Assembly: GCA_013265495.1 (NCBI GenBank)
Contig: MU057989.1
Location: 124,001 to 188,000 of the forward strand
Origin: Vicugna vicugna
Taxonomy: Eukaryota
Reading direction: 5' to 3'
DNA length: 64,000 nt
Shown: piece after piece, positions 26,003 through 36,843 of the stretch
How positions within the stretch are numbered: the stretch's first letter is position 1
Layout: the number at the start of each line of letters is the position of its first letter
The notes under the pieces: model-generated
Databases searched by the model: none
Seen by the model: only the letters and a program-made list of their open reading frames with translations
What the model was told of the DNA's origin: nothing
Program-made: the position numbers and the translations under genes

Positions 26003-26748
26003 GGATGTATTTTGGTACAGCCTTGCTCGGCAAATTCTTACGTGTAGGAGGCGCTATGTCAATGAGCTATTGTGCCAAAGTTGGTTGTGTGCATGCAAAT
26101 TAAGGACATTCCAGGCAAAGAGTTTTGTGTAGCTGCCTGGAATGCAGAGGACTGAGGAACTGCGGAGGCGGAAGTTTGAGTGAGCAGGGTCCTGGAGGAA
26201 GGGAGGAAGTGGAGTTGGGTTATGAGCAGAGTTAGGCAGAAGAAGGGATGCCTTCCTGGGCCCGAAGTAGGATGAACCCTGTCGTGGACTAACCTTTTCC
26301 CCCAGGCCTCCTGCCCTCCCTCTTCCCCAATGTTTCCTGCCTGTCCTGGGCGGGGCCAAAAGTGCGACTTGGCTTTAACAGAGAGCGGATTTCACCTGGT
26401 CCAGGCTCGAAGAAGCCTGGCCCAAAGTGCAGGGACTCACTGGAGGGCACCAAGCACGTCAGACACAGCGTAGAGGCCTGGGCATCTCAGCTTTGCTGAG
26501 CTCCGGGGAAGCTGGGCAGGTGGAGAGATCACCTGTGGAGTGGGGGTGCACCAACTTTAGACCTGACCTGTCCACACGTCCCTGGCTGGCAGCACCTTGG
26601 ACAGAGTGTGAGCTGTGGGGTGGGGCTGGGTGGCAGGGCTGTGCCCAAGAAGGTAAGTGCCCAAGGGTGAGTTGACCTGGTGGGTCGCATGAAAGCTTGG
26701 GCGCTCACTGCGAGGGGACGCAAGACACCAGAGTCACTCTGGCAGAGC

Positions 26749-27409
26749 TGAGGCAGGAGGGAAGGGGGTAGGGCACAGCCACTCAAGGAATGACAGCAAT
26801 TTAACACCAAAATGGTGGAAGATTCACCAAAATGGTGGAAGATTCAACTCCCAGTTGGCCTTGAGGAATAAGACGTTTGACTTCTAGTAGACCTTGAGCT
26901 TCATTATATGCTCACTGTAACAGCATGATAAATAACATGCCCATAGGCGTCGTAACAGTCCTAAGGCTAACTTCAAAAGGCCAAAGAACGGGCAGTGGCC
27001 CAATTCCTGGGAATCCCAGCCTCTTCCCCAGGGCAGTTGGAACGGTCCCAGTCCCACCTGTAGGCGTGTGAAGATACTGAGCCCATAAAAACTGGCAACA
27101 CCACGCCTAGCGCCCTTTTTCACTTCCCCCTCTTTGGAGATGGCCTGCATTGTCTGTGGAGTGTGTACCTACTTATACTTTAACCTGAGCAACCAATTCC
27201 CACACCTCTTTCCTTGCCTTTCTCTTGCCTTATACTCTATGCAGTGTGTATCTCTCTAAATAAATTTACCTTTACTCAACTGTGGCTTGCACTTGAATTC
27301 TTTCCTGGGGGAAGCCAAGGACCCACACTTGGTGGGGCACATCCCAGGGGCTCAACCGAGACCTGGGACACAGGCCATCCTCACAACCCACATCCATTTT
27401 CCTGCATCA
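26749..27409 (+). repeat. 5' LTR of the provirus
   Basis: TGAGGCAGGAGGGAAGGGGG...TTTTCCTGCATCA. TATA-like CATAAAA at ~27084 and AATAAA at 27259-27264. Confidence 0.92.
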
Positions 27410-27413
27410 TCTT

Positions 27414-27431
27414 TGGCGCCCAACGTCGGAC
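27414..27431 (+). promoter_or_regulatory. Primer-binding site, tRNA-Lys(1,2)-type
   Basis: TGGCGCCCAACGTCGGAC versus the canonical Lys1,2 PBS TGGCGCCCAACGTGGGGC (16/18 match), a few nt after the LTR. Confidence 0.8.
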
Positions 27432-28368
27432 ATTTACATAAACAAACAGGGCTCAAAGGGCATAGTCTTGACCTGCCTATTGGGCTACAGCTCCCCTGTA
27501 GGAGGGTGGCAGGGGGTTTCTCCCGTGCTGTGCAGATTCAAATAGCCCTTAGGTGGCACCTGATGCTGCCTACAGGATCTGGCAGAGATCAGCTCTCTAG
27601 CCGTGAAGGAGCCCACCAAGCCCAAGGCTTTTCTCCTCTGGATCTTTTCTCACTCTCCTATCACTCTATCACTTCAGACTTGAAAAGATCCACCAAGGCT
27701 ACCACTCGGACATCCAAATTAAGACCACGTGGCAAGTAATTGGCAACCTGATTGGGTGAGCTTCCCCTCCGTGGCTCTTTGAGTCCAGTTCCACCTCTCT
27801 ACATGGTGTTGATCTGGTTCCGGGATGCTGGAACTGCAAAAGAGGGCCCAAATTAGGGGACTCTGGGAGTTCCCCTTAAGAAATTTGTGGCCCGGCCCTC
27901 CCTGAGTGCCCTCGGGGCATAGGCCTCATTGCATTCATAGGCAGGATTTGGAGGCAGGCACTCCCCTTGTGGATCGCAAGTTTAACACTCCTGGGTGGGG
28001 CCCTAGGTTTAACCACCCCTGAGCAAAAGTTGCCGGTGAATGCTCTCTTCATGGGTCGCAGGTTATAGTACCCCTGAGTGGGAATCACAGGGAGATACTC
28101 CCTTAGTGGGCCTACAGATCTCTGGTCTAAGAAGCACTGTGGCTATAGCATTCCCTTTTCATTCTAGATTTTCACCTTTCGATGCTATTTGTTTCTCTTT
28201 CACAAAAGGTAATTTGCTTAGTTCACTTAGGACCTAGGTCTCCTCCTTCCCTCTAAAAGATTTAGAACCTGGGGCTCTAGTCACCTTTTCTCCCTTTGGC
28301 CCTTGCTCCTTTCCTTGACTAGTCCAAAGGAGCCACCTCAGGCTCATGGACAGAATATTCTAACCAAA

Positions 28369-29720
28369 ATGGGGACAACTACAAGTATCCCAAAGGACTC
28401 CCCGTTAGGATGCATATTAATTAATTGGAAAAAGTTTTAAAAGAATAGTTCGAAGAAAAAGGAATTAATTTTCCTTTTCAATACTGCATGGCCCCTATAC
28501 AAACTAGGGGACCAAGAGGTCTGGCCAAAGAATGAATCATTAAATTACAACACCATGTTGCAGCTAGGCCTGTTTTGTAAAAGAGGAGGTAAACGGGGTC
28601 GGGGTAGGGAGTCCCATATGTCTAAATGTTCCTGACCCTATCCGAAGACCCAGTTCTAGGGAACTCCTTCCTGGTATGCTTGACTCATGTGCCCTTCAAA
28701 ACGTCTCCCCCATTGGGAGCTCAAAGTTTCAGATAACTCTTTATGGGTCCACCTCCGAGGCCCACAACCAGGAATTTTACCCACCTTGACTCTGAGGCGG
28801 GATAGTCTTCTTCCCAATCATCTACCCCTAAGGCCCCTCTGGGCAGCTGGGGTCCCCAGATGAATCAGCTCATGGATCTGGCATTTAAAGTATTTAACAA
28901 TAGAGACAGGGCTAAAGAGGCAAAAAGGATTCAGGGACAAAAGTGAAAGGCACAATTCTTAGCAGCAGCCCTAATCCCTGCACCACCTCGGGGTTACCCT
29001 CCACAAAGATCCATGGCGAGGACAGGATCTAGAGTGCCTGGATCAGAGCCACTGTCTTGTCAAAAAGCAGCCTGTTTTAAGTGCAGCCAGGAAGGCCACT
29101 AGAAAAACGAATACCTCCGGTATGGGAAAAGTCCATTGGGACCCTGCCCCACGTGCAAAAAGGCCACTGGAAGTGGGACTGCCCCCAGTCTCGAAGAGGG
29201 GGTTGGGGCTCCCAAACCAATGATGGCTGAGATGACTGAAGACTGACGGGACCCTCCCTTGCTCCCACAGGATACCTGGTCTTTTCTCTGGAGGAGTCTC
29301 AGGTAACACATGATGTGGCAAGTAGAAAAGTTGTCTTCTTACTAGATGCGGGGGCTGCCTACTCTGATTTCCCTGGACCCTGATCCCCCTCTCGTATGTA
29401 ATAACAAGGATTGACAGAAATCCCCAAACCAAGTGATCTACGCCCCCCTTCTTTAGTGGCCTACTAGAAAATTTTACCTTTGCACATCAGTTTCTGCTCA
29501 TGCCTGAGTGCCCTATCCCGTTGTGGGAAGGGATTTACTCACTAAATTCCAGACAGTAATACAATTTGGAGACCCTCATGAAGAAGGCACCCACCAAGAA
29601 GAACGACTGCTCTTGGCCTTGAGAACCCACGTCAATACTAAACCAGAAGCGGTCTCCCTTCCACCCCATATTGCTTCTCAAGTGAACCCTGCTGTCTGGG
29701 AAACTGAGATCCCCGACAGA
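28369..29720 (+). pseudogene. Disrupted retroviral gag-pro (and start of pol)
   Basis: Matrix: MGTTTSIPKDSPLGCILINWKKF*...LIFLFNTAWPLY...LNYNTMLQLGLFCKRGGK. Capsid end: LMDLAFKVFNNRD at ~28870. Two zinc knuckles: CFKCSQEGH* and CPTCK/GHWKWDCP. Protease: FLLDAGAAYS and FLLMPECPYPVVGRDLLTK. Multiple stops, frameshifts and deletions. Confidence 0.88.
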
Positions 29721-31065
29721 GCTACTATTGTCAGGTTCTCATTAGAAATGCGACCACGTGAGGCTATAGGCAAGCCTCTTCAAATCAAGGGCCAAACCAA
29801 GAGGCTTAATTAAAAAACTTCTCAAACCCAGGAAGGCTCCCCAAAAGTGTTCATAAATAGATGGCCCAATGGGAGGCCATCGGTTGGACTAAACTGATCA
29901 TAGCTGATATTCAGGGCCCAATAAAATTTTTTTTGGAAAAGACTTCCCTAAGCTAAATGAGGAAAAACAAAACTGTCTTTGTTTTACAAATCTAGTCTTT
30001 ACAGGACTAGAGGTGTGGCTCCAAAAATGATGCAAAGCCCACCAATCCTTCTACCACTCCCAAAACCTCCCCTATGTATTTATTTTAAGAGACAAGTATT
30101 AAAGATTTTTTTTTCTGGCCTTAAAGAAACAAAGTCTTTCTAGGAGAAACTTGCCTTCCTATGCCTTTGATATACAAACATTCTACCTTGTCTTCTCCAG
30201 GAACTCTGATCTCACCAGCTTTTTAAAACGCAAATCTCAAAAAAAGGGGAAATAAATAACTTGGAACTTAATTTGCTAATAACAAGTAAAAATTTTGTCT
30301 CTTTTTCATAAATATTAGTAAAAATGCTTAGCCATCTAGATGGGCAACTTTGATTTGTTCTATCTGCCAAAAACCCAGTTTAAATCCAACCTCTTTTGTA
30401 GCCAATGGATTTTACTTTGTTATATCTGATTCATAACAAAATTTTTAAAATAAAAACTATAAGGTGTCTGGTTTATATGTCATAAATGTATGGTATTGGC
30501 AAAATTAAATAGTAAAAGAGCTCTTTAATTGGCTTAAGAAAATTAAGTACTTACATAAATACTCAAACATAAAGAAAACTGGCCAAAAGAAATTTCAGGT
30601 TCACATTATCTAATAAGTATTCAGTACTGGTATTGGTATCGAAGCTAGCTTAAGCTTGTTGGTTTAATTAATACAAACATGTCTTTAGAAACATCAGTGT
30701 TAAGTATAATACTTCTGTTGTGTAAGGCTTACTAGAGGTCAAGTAAGACTATTATATCTGTAACAAATTTGTCAATGAGAAAAGTAACTCAATGTAAAAA
30801 GAAACTTTCAAAAAAGTAACAAAATAAGAGATTTGGGGTAAACTCCATAGGAGCTTTGTTTGGGAAATATCTACCTAAAATTGTCTCTCCTCAACTTTTC
30901 GTACTTAAAACTTGAAACTAATTTAAAAATTGTCGTTACAGACTATTAAACTAAATTGAAGTTTCACTATCTGTGTCATTTACAAAGTATTAAAACATTA
31001 ATTGCTGGGCAAGTCTAGGCTTATCTACCTTTGCCTTATGGAAAAAAAACTAAAACATAAGTTTC

Positions 31066-31687
31066 TGATGCAGGAAAACGGATGTGGGGTGTGAGGGCCG
31101 TGCCCCAGATCTCGGTTGAGCCCCTGGGATGTGCCCCACCAAGTGTGGGTCCTTGGCTTCCCCCAGGAAAGAAATCAAGTGGGAGCCACAGTTGGGTAAA
31201 GGTAGATTTATTTAGAGAGATACACACTGCATAGAGTGTAAGGCAAGAGAAAGGCAAGGAAAGAGGTATGGGAATTGGTTGCTCAGGTTAAAGTATAAGT
31301 AGGTACACACTCCATAGACAGTGCGGGCCATCTCCAAAGAGGAAGGAGTGAAAAGGGGCCGCTAGGTGTGGTGTTGCCAGCTTTTATGGGCTCAGTATCT
31401 TCACACGCCTACAGGTGGGACCGTTCCAACTGCCCTGGGGAAGGGGCTGAGATTCCCAGGAATTGGACCACTGCCCATTCTTTGGCCTTTTGCAGTTAGC
31501 CTTGGAACTCTCATGGCCCCTGATGCTGTCACAATGAGCATATAATGAAGCTCAAGGTCCACTAGAAGTCAAACCTCCAACCAACTTAATCCTCAAGGTG
31601 AGTGGGAGTTGAATCTTCCAACATTTTGAGGTTAAATTGCTGTCATTCCTTGAGTGGCTTTGCCCTGCCCCCTTCCATCCTGTCTCA
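31066..31687 (-). mobile_element. Solo LTR of the same ERV family, inserted in reverse orientation inside the provirus
   Basis: Reverse complement of the flanking LTRs (plus strand TGATGCAGGAAAA...CCTGTCTCA), with its own 4-bp TSD TTTC (31062-31065, 31688-31691). Confidence 0.92.
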
Positions 31688-32419
31688 TTTCCAGTCAGGA
31701 AACTGTGATGTGACAACCAATTCACAGTTGCTTGCTTCTTGGTTTTTGCCAGAGATTTAAGGTTATTAAGGGTTAAAATTATAATATGTAATTAAAACTC
31801 CTAAGTATTTCAAACACAGTGGGAAAATATGTATGTTTTCAGTAGAAGAGTTTCATAAAAAATATACAAAAAAATTTCATGTATAATCAGGATTTTAAAT
31901 ATTTAACAAATTCTAAAAGTTTTTTGTGGCTCCAGCTAACTTTGAGATGCTTCAAAAAAAACTTGAGACATCTTAGATATTAACTTAACTAGGATTATTT
32001 AATATATTAAGTTAAATACAATGAGTCATAATTCTAGTAATTACAAACAAGTCTCTTTATCAATTCAGATGTTTAACCATGTCTTTTAAGTCTTTTTTGT
32101 CGTTACAGACTGTTAAACTGTTGTTACAAAGGTGCTTCATCTTTAAGAAAATTCATCAAAAGCCAATAAAAACAGTGGGTTACAACAGTCCCATGTCAGA
32201 TAATGGCTATGCGAGGATTCGAGCGCATACCCTCAGCCCTCTGAACACAAAAACAAATGGCTGTCCTGCCCTTGGGGGCCCCTAGATTAGTATTCAGACT
32301 TCTACTCCCTGATAGGCAGGGTCAACGCCCCTACTCAGTCTGGAAGTAGTTTCAGAAGACGGACCCTCGCCCCTCTGCAACCCCAGAAGATTATGGGAGT
32401 AAAATCTCTGAGGGGAGAG

Positions 32420-33055
32420 TGAGACAGGAGGGAAGGGGGCAAGGCACAGCCATTTAAGGAATGATACAGCAATTTAACACCAGAATGGTGAAAGATTGAA
32501 CTCCTAGTTGGCCTTGAGGATTGAGAGGTTTGACTTCTAACAGACCTTGAGCTTCATTATATGCTCATTGTAACAGCGTGATAAATAACATGCCCGCAGG
32601 TGCCATGACAGTCCCAAGGCTAACTGCAAAAGGCCAAAGAATGGGTGGTGGCCCAATTCCTGGGAATCCCAGCCTCTTCCCCAGGGTACTTGGAACGGTC
32701 CCACCTGTAGGCGTGTGAAACTACTGAGCTCATAAAAACTGGCAACACCACACCTAGCGCCCTTTTTCACTTCCCCCTCTTTGGAGATGGCCTGCATTGT
32801 CTGTGGAGTGTGTACCTACTTATACTTTAACCTGAGCAACCAATTCCCATACCTCTTTCCTTGCCTTTCTCTTGCCTTATACTCTATGCAGTGTGTATCT
32901 CTCTAACTAAATCTACCTTTACTCAACTGTGGCTTGCACTTGAATTCTTTCCTGGGGGAAGCCAAGGACCCACACTTGGTGGGGCACCTCTCAGGGGTTC
33001 AACCAAGACCTGGGACACGGCCCTCCTCACGCCCCACATCCATTTTCCTGCATCA
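32420..33055 (+). repeat. 3' LTR of the provirus
   Basis: TGAGACAGGAGGGAAGGGGG...TTTTCCTGCATCA, preceded by a polypurine tract. The poly(A) hexamer position reads ACTAAA (32906-32911). Confidence 0.92.
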
Positions 33056-33149
33056 GAGCCAGTGGGGCCCACAACGTCGGGTCCCAAGTCAACAGGCACC
33101 CCATGCAAATGAGACTGGGACAGCATATATTACGCTAAGAGAGTGACGG

Positions 33150-33990
33150 CCTGGGCGGCCACAGGGAAGAACCTCCCCGCCAGCCTTGCGGATTGGCCCT
33201 TGCAGCCGCTTTGTCAGGAGCCCTGAGAGCGAAACGCTGGCGGGATGGCGGGGCGAGAAGCTGGGGCGGAGCCTGGCGTCCCCTCTCGCGTCCGGCCGCG
33301 CCCATCCTCCGAGCTGCGGAGAGACAACTGGCCGCTGCCGCCTCTGCTAGCTGTCCCTGCGGAGCGCCTGCCCCGGTGGAGCCGGCCTCACTGCGCTCGG
33401 CCCCGGCGCGTCCCTAGTCTCAACCCCGACGCGGGGTCGCAGGGCCCGCGCCTGCGCAGCGCGGGAGGGGCGCGGACCGGGACCCTCGAGCCAGCGCGTG
33501 CGCGGACCGAGCACTGGGCGGAGGGGTGGGCGCCGGCATGAGCCTTCGGGGGCCGCAGCCCCACTGAGGCGGCGGCCCGGGGACAAGAGAAGCACTGGCC
33601 GACTGCGCCCGGCTGGGCCATGGCGTTCTTAGCCGGGCCGCGCCTGCTGGACTGGTCTAGCTCGCCGTCGCACCTGCAGTTCAACAAGTTCGTGCTGACT
33701 GGCTACCGGCCCGCCAGTAGCGGCTCCGGCTGCCTGCGTAGCCTTTTCTACATGCACAACGAGCTGGGCAACATCTACACGCACGGTGAGCCGCGCCCCG
33801 CATCCCACATCTGCTGCAGCCCTGCCTGGGCCGCAGGCTGAGGAGAGCCCCAGCGCCGAGGTCCTGGGCTGCCCGGGCCCTGGCACAGCCAGGAACCGCG
33901 GTGACAAAGCTGCCATTGTCCGGGATTGCGCTGCTTGCTTCCGCTTCCCCGGCGGGGGGCCCCGTGGCAGGCGAGGGAAGCAGAGTGGGA
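33150..33990 (+). promoter_or_regulatory. PAQR4: CpG island promoter of PAQR4
   Basis: CpG-dense. Reverse CCAAT (GATTGG) at ~33191, GC box at ~33263, and NRF1-like GCGCCTGCGCA at 33448-33458. Confidence 0.75.
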
Positions 33991-35918
33991 GACCTATTCC
34001 GCTTAATCCCTCTGAGCCCTGGGCAGAAGGAGCTTGGTGTCCGGCCCCTTTGTAATCCCTGCGCTCTGAGCACCCTCTTCCTCCCAACACCCGTCGCGGA
34101 GATGGGTGTTGACTTTGGCAAGATGGGGCCCAGGAGAAGCCAGGCCCAGGCTGTCCTGCCGCCCCTGCCTGAAGCAGGCCAGGCACGGGGCTCCGCCTGG
34201 TGGCAACTTCTTCCTGCCCTAGCAGGAGCCGGGCCCCTCCTCCACGCCTTGCGGAGTGTGGTGACACAGCCCTGCCCGTCCTTGGCGTGTCCCGTAGTGA
34301 TAAAGGGGTCCTGGGTGCGCTGGGCCCAGAATTGGTGCCTGCCTCCTTGGGGACATGCCAGGTGTGGGCAGCCCACAGCCTTAGCCTGCTGTTAGCCTTT
34401 GACCCCTGTGAGGGCAATGCCAGAGTGCCAGCAGGAAGGGGTACAAATGGCCCTGGAGGCCTGGGTTGGGAGAAACGGAGCTCTGGGAAAAGGTGCCTGG
34501 GGAAGAGACAAACAAGGTCCCTTTAGCCTCCTCCCCTGCCTGGCCTCACTCCTCTCTGGAGCACCAAAAGGCCCACAGCCTCCATTTGTCTGGTCACTTA
34601 AGGGGAGGAGAGGACATATGGGTTGGGAGGAGCAAGCTAAGTGGTCCTGGGTTCTGGTATCATCGCCCACATGTCTTGTTCTGAACTCAGCTTGAAGTCT
34701 TGCCTCCTGGCTCCTGCGGACACATGGAGGCCAGGTTGGGGGGTTGGAGCACCCTGCTTTCTGGGGAGGTGGCATGGCTGGGAGGGTGAGAGCAGCGTGG
34801 GAGTCAGGCTGCCCGGGCTGTGTCCTGCTTCCATTGCTTACTTGCTGGGGTCACCTGGGGGCATTTCCTCACCTGTAAAGTGGTGATAAAATGGTCTCTA
34901 CTTCCCAGAACTATTGTGAGCTCTGCTAAATAAAGTTACTGAAAGCCCAGGGCCTGCCAACCAACAGCCTTGCCAGGACCTGTCTTGCTTTCATTCCTCT
35001 CATGTTATCTCTAGACTGTGGACTCATTGAGGACATGACTTGTCCTCAATGCTGAAGCTCTCTGATGGAAAACTGTCTCCCTCCCCCAGGGCTGGCCCTG
35101 CTGGGCTTCCTGGTGCTGCTGCCCATGACCATGCCCTGGGGTCAGCTGGGCAAGGATGGCTGGCTGGGGGGCACACACTGTGTGGCCTGCCTGGCACCCC
35201 CTGCTGGCTCTGTGCTCTATCACCTCTTCATGTGCCACAAAGGGGGCAGCCCTGTGTACACCCGGCTCCTTGCTCTGGATATGTGTGGGGTCTGCCTCGT
35301 CAACACTCTCGGTGAGCCAAGGGATGGGGTGGGGGTGGGAGGCTCAAAGGACGGGAGCTGGGGGTTCGGGTAAACTCACATGAGCCTTATAAAGGGCAGG
35401 TATCGATTAAACTGAAAAGAAAAAAAAGGGGGGCAAGTGGCCCCCAGACTGATGTGCCCTCTCCTGCCTCTCTCCTCTGTGCAGGGGCCCTGCCCATCAT
35501 CCACTGCACCCTGGCCTGCAGGCCCTGGCTGCGCCCAGCTGCCCTGGTAGGCTACACCGTGTTGTCGGGTGTGACTGGCTGGCGGGCCCTCACCGCCCCT
35601 TCCACTGGTGCCCGGCTCCGTGCCTTTGGCTGGCAGGCTGGTGCCCGCCTTCTGGTGTTTGGGGCCCGGGGAATGGGGCTGGGCTCGGGGGCTCCAGGCT
35701 CCCTCCCCTGCTACCTACGCATGGATGCACTGGCACTACTCGGGGGCCTGGTGAACGTGGCCCGCCTGCCGGAGCGCTGGGGACCTGGCCGCTTCGACTA
35801 CTGGGGTAACTCACACCAGATCATGCACCTGCTCAGCGTGGGCTCCATCCTCCAGCTGCACGCTGGCGTCGTGCCTGACCTGCTCTGGGCCGCCCACCAC
35901 ACCTGCCCCCCGGATTGA
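33620..35918 (+). CDS. PAQR4: Progestin and adipoQ receptor family member 4 (273 aa), 3 exons
   Basis: Exons 33620-33785, 35090-35311 and 35485-35918 sum to 822 nt. Translation MAFLAGPRLLDW...HNELGNIYTH...LYHLFMCH...PERWGPGRFDYWGNSHQIMHLLSV carries the HlyIII/PAQR motifs. Confidence 0.96.
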
Positions 35919-36843
35919 GCCACCTCCTGCCTGCCATGCGGGCCGGCCCAGTCTTCCAGGGCCAAGAGCACCATGCTTCCCTCCTCGTGCTGCTCTGCGA
36001 GGGCCTGGCTCCCTGGATGCTTCCAGCAAACAGGACTTCCCAACAGGGATCCCTCATCTGTTTACCCATTCTTGCCTGTGGACTAGCCTCTTCTCCTCCT
36101 CACACCTTAGAGTTCCAGCTTCCCTTCTCTGGGCCTCAGTTTACCCTCTGTGAGTTGGGATCCTGCCAGCCCAGAGCCATCATCCCACCTGGCCCCTCCT
36201 GGGACCCTCAGATAAGGTACCTCATGGGTCCCTGGCCCAGCGTCTGGCCCATGCTTCATGCCCTCTGTCTTTCTGCCCAGCATACCAGCCCTCCCAGCAG
36301 CCCAAGGCTTGCCTCCCTTTTCTCCCTTCTGCCCAGAGACTGTGGAGTGAGGGGTCTGGGCAACAGGACTAGCCTCTTATCTCAGGATCAAGGGGCAGGA
36401 GGGCGGCTGCTGATGCTTTTTCCAGGCAACTGGCACAGAGACACAGAGAGCTGAGTGGCCCTGGACCCAGGCCCTGCTGAGCTAAGGGCCCACCCTCTTC
36501 TTTGACAGCTTGACCTGCCCACCAGGGACATACCTGCTCAAGAAATCTCTGCTCCACACCATGTGGGGCTCCCAGCTCCAGTCTGCGGGCCTGGGGCTGG
36601 GGGGCTTGCAGGAGAGCTCAGCCTCAACCCATCCTGGGGGCCTCAGATCCTGGGCGATGTCAATAAAAGGGGCAGGAAGTGCTGTGTTGCCATGCAAGTG
36701 AGCTGGGGTGCTCCCGAGATTCAAATACCTTTTATTAGACATGGCCAGGCAGAAGGGACCCACTTTCCAGAGGGACCCCAACCTCCAGGAGGATGGAGGG
36801 CAGGAGCTAAAAGGTTAAAAGTGCCGAGCTTGAGCCCACAGGC

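Larger units (their letters stand above)
26749..33055 (+). mobile_element. Defective class I (gammaretrovirus-like; HERV-W/H/9-type gag) endogenous provirus
   Basis: Two direct LTRs bounded TG...CA (26749-27409, 32420-33055) with a 4-bp TSD GAGC (26745-26748, 33056-33059). PBS at 27414-27431, polypurine tract at ~32410-32419, and decayed gag-pro. Confidence 0.93.

Noticed and set aside
29800..32400. Possible pol/env in the provirus interior
   Set aside because: AT-rich and stop-dense, with no RT (YxDD), integrase or envelope motifs visible.
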